IMG/VR virus record: IMGVR_UViG_2778261389_000007
Reading direction: 5' to 3' (one strand)
DNA length: 6,117 nucleotides
From: a virus
Taxonomy: Duplodnaviria; Heunggongvirae; Uroviricota; Caudoviricetes
A program made the position numbers and the translations under genes. Numbering within the stretch: the stretch's first letter is position 1; every line of letters begins with the position of its first letter. A model generated the notes under the pieces. The model searched no databases. It worked only from the letters and a program-made list of their open reading frames with translations, and was not told the DNA's origin. Positions 5,370 through 6,117 of the stretch are shown piece by piece.

Positions 5370-5731
5370 CAGTTAATTCCTCCACATACGTATTTCTCTT
5401 TCGCGTGTTTAATTAATTCCGCAAAAATCTCGTCAACAATCATCTTTCCTGTTTCGGTCAGATATTCGGTGTGTCCATTGATATCGACGCTTTTCATATA
5501 CGTCTGGCGAAGAAATGTTTCCGCTTCTGTGTTGAATTCAGTCCGAGCCTGTTTTTCGAAGCGCAGCAAAAGTTTCATCATTGATTCTTCGTTAATCTCG
5601 ATAACCTGAATATTGTTATCGGGCATATTTACGGATAGGCAATAACCTCCTGTCTTACGCTTCATTCGATTTAATGTCGCAATAGCAATGCGGCGGCGAT
5701 AAATTTCAATGGTGTTGTTTTTCATTGTCAT
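5369..5731 (-). CDS. Hypothetical phage protein, 120 aa, in an apparently lower-GC segment
   Basis: Seen: ORF with ATG at 5731 sharing one base with the upstream gene's TAA (TAATG); a second in-frame ATG lies two codons in. Two 60-nt samples counted by hand gave about 38% GC here against about 53% in int. No motif recognised. Confidence 0.7.
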   Translation of the reverse strand: MTMKNNTIEIYRRRIAIATLNRMKRKTGGYCLSVNMPDNNIQVIEINEESMMKLLLRFEKQARTEFNTEAETFLRQTYMKSVDINGHTEYLTETGKMIVDEIFAELIKHAKEKYVCGGIN

Positions 5732-6117
5732 TACCGCCCGTAAGCCTTGCGCAGAAAAAGGTTTGCAATATGCAGATAACTATTTCCATAAGAGGCAAAA
5801 AGTTTTGCTGTGTTGTGTGCTGCTTTATCTTTCAGAAACGTCATTATTGCCCCCCCCTTTTTTGAGGTGTTCTCCAATGTCATTTGGGTCATGAAGCAAA
5901 GCTCATTAAGTAACGAGGTGAATCTTCCTGCTACCTTCACATCAGTGCGTGTGATTGCGGGCATAAGTAACTGGGTAAATTCAGCACGCAGCTCATGCGC
6001 ATATTTATTGGCACACTCTGCTGTTTTGTGGGCTTTATTTATGTAAAGAAAGTCGCCATCCTGATTGGCTGGATGGGCTTTGTTATTCACGACTTCACTT
6101 CTGACGATAATATTCAT
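5731..6117 (-). CDS. Hypothetical phage protein, 128 aa; start codon coincides with the window's right edge; contains an in-frame A6G8 (plus-strand C8T6) homopolymer
   Basis: Seen: ORF open from the ATG at 6117..6115 to the TAA at 5733..5731; whether the gene extends beyond the window cannot be told. The frame reads through the homopolymer as TCA AAA AAG GGG GGG GCA ATA ATG (S K K G G A I M). Confidence 0.6.
   Translation of the reverse strand: MNIIVRSEVVNNKAHPANQDGDFLYINKAHKTAECANKYAHELRAEFTQLLMPAITRTDVKVAGRFTSLLNELCFMTQMTLENTSKKGGAIMTFLKDKAAHNTAKLFASYGNSYLHIANLFLRKAYGR
5850..5863. repeat. Homopolymer tract C8T6 (plus strand) inside the last coding sequence
   Basis: Seen: 5850-5857 is C x8 and 5858-5863 is T x6. 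It is the second long G/C homopolymer within about 550 bp. Confidence 0.85.

Noticed and set aside
5709-6046. Plus-strand ORFs 5709..5894 and 5810..6046
   Set aside because: Both are antisense to the 128-aa minus-strand ORF, which is stop-coupled to its neighbour, and both run through the homopolymer. No ribosome-binding sites noted. Kept only as a remote possibility if the minus-strand gene proves to be a pseudogene.
1-6117. CRISPR arrays, tRNA or rRNA genes, IS elements or terminal inverted repeats
   Set aside because: No direct-repeat/spacer periodicity, no cloverleaf-compatible segments noticed, no transposase-like ORF, and no long terminal repeats found by eye. The window is essentially all protein-coding on one strand.

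Overview
This window reads as the integrase-proximal (left) arm of a lambdoid enterobacterial prophage or phage. A tyrosine integrase (1-1314, minus) ends exactly at the window's left edge, with an excisionase-like gene just upstream (1370-1606, minus). Beyond that, 1616-6117 is a single densely packed, minus-strand operon of about 13 small ORFs joined by start/stop overlaps (ATGA, TGATG, TAATG, GTGA). Apart from a Bro-N domain protein, I cannot assign functions to these by eye. I see no rRNA, tRNA or CRISPR array. The most unusual features are: (1) a G10 homopolymer sitting in the loop of a perfect 10-bp inverted repeat (5300-5339) that frameshifts a small ORF; (2) a second homopolymer, C8T6, inside the last gene; (3) an apparently lower-GC block at the right end (about 5150-6117); (4) an unannotated 48-aa Cys/His-containing ORF between xis and the next gene; (5) an overlapping gene pair next to xis whose small member has a toxin-like HAxERxxER motif. 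All calls rest on reading the sequence and ORF translations; no database search or computation was run, so every functional assignment beyond int, xis and Bro-N is hypothesis.
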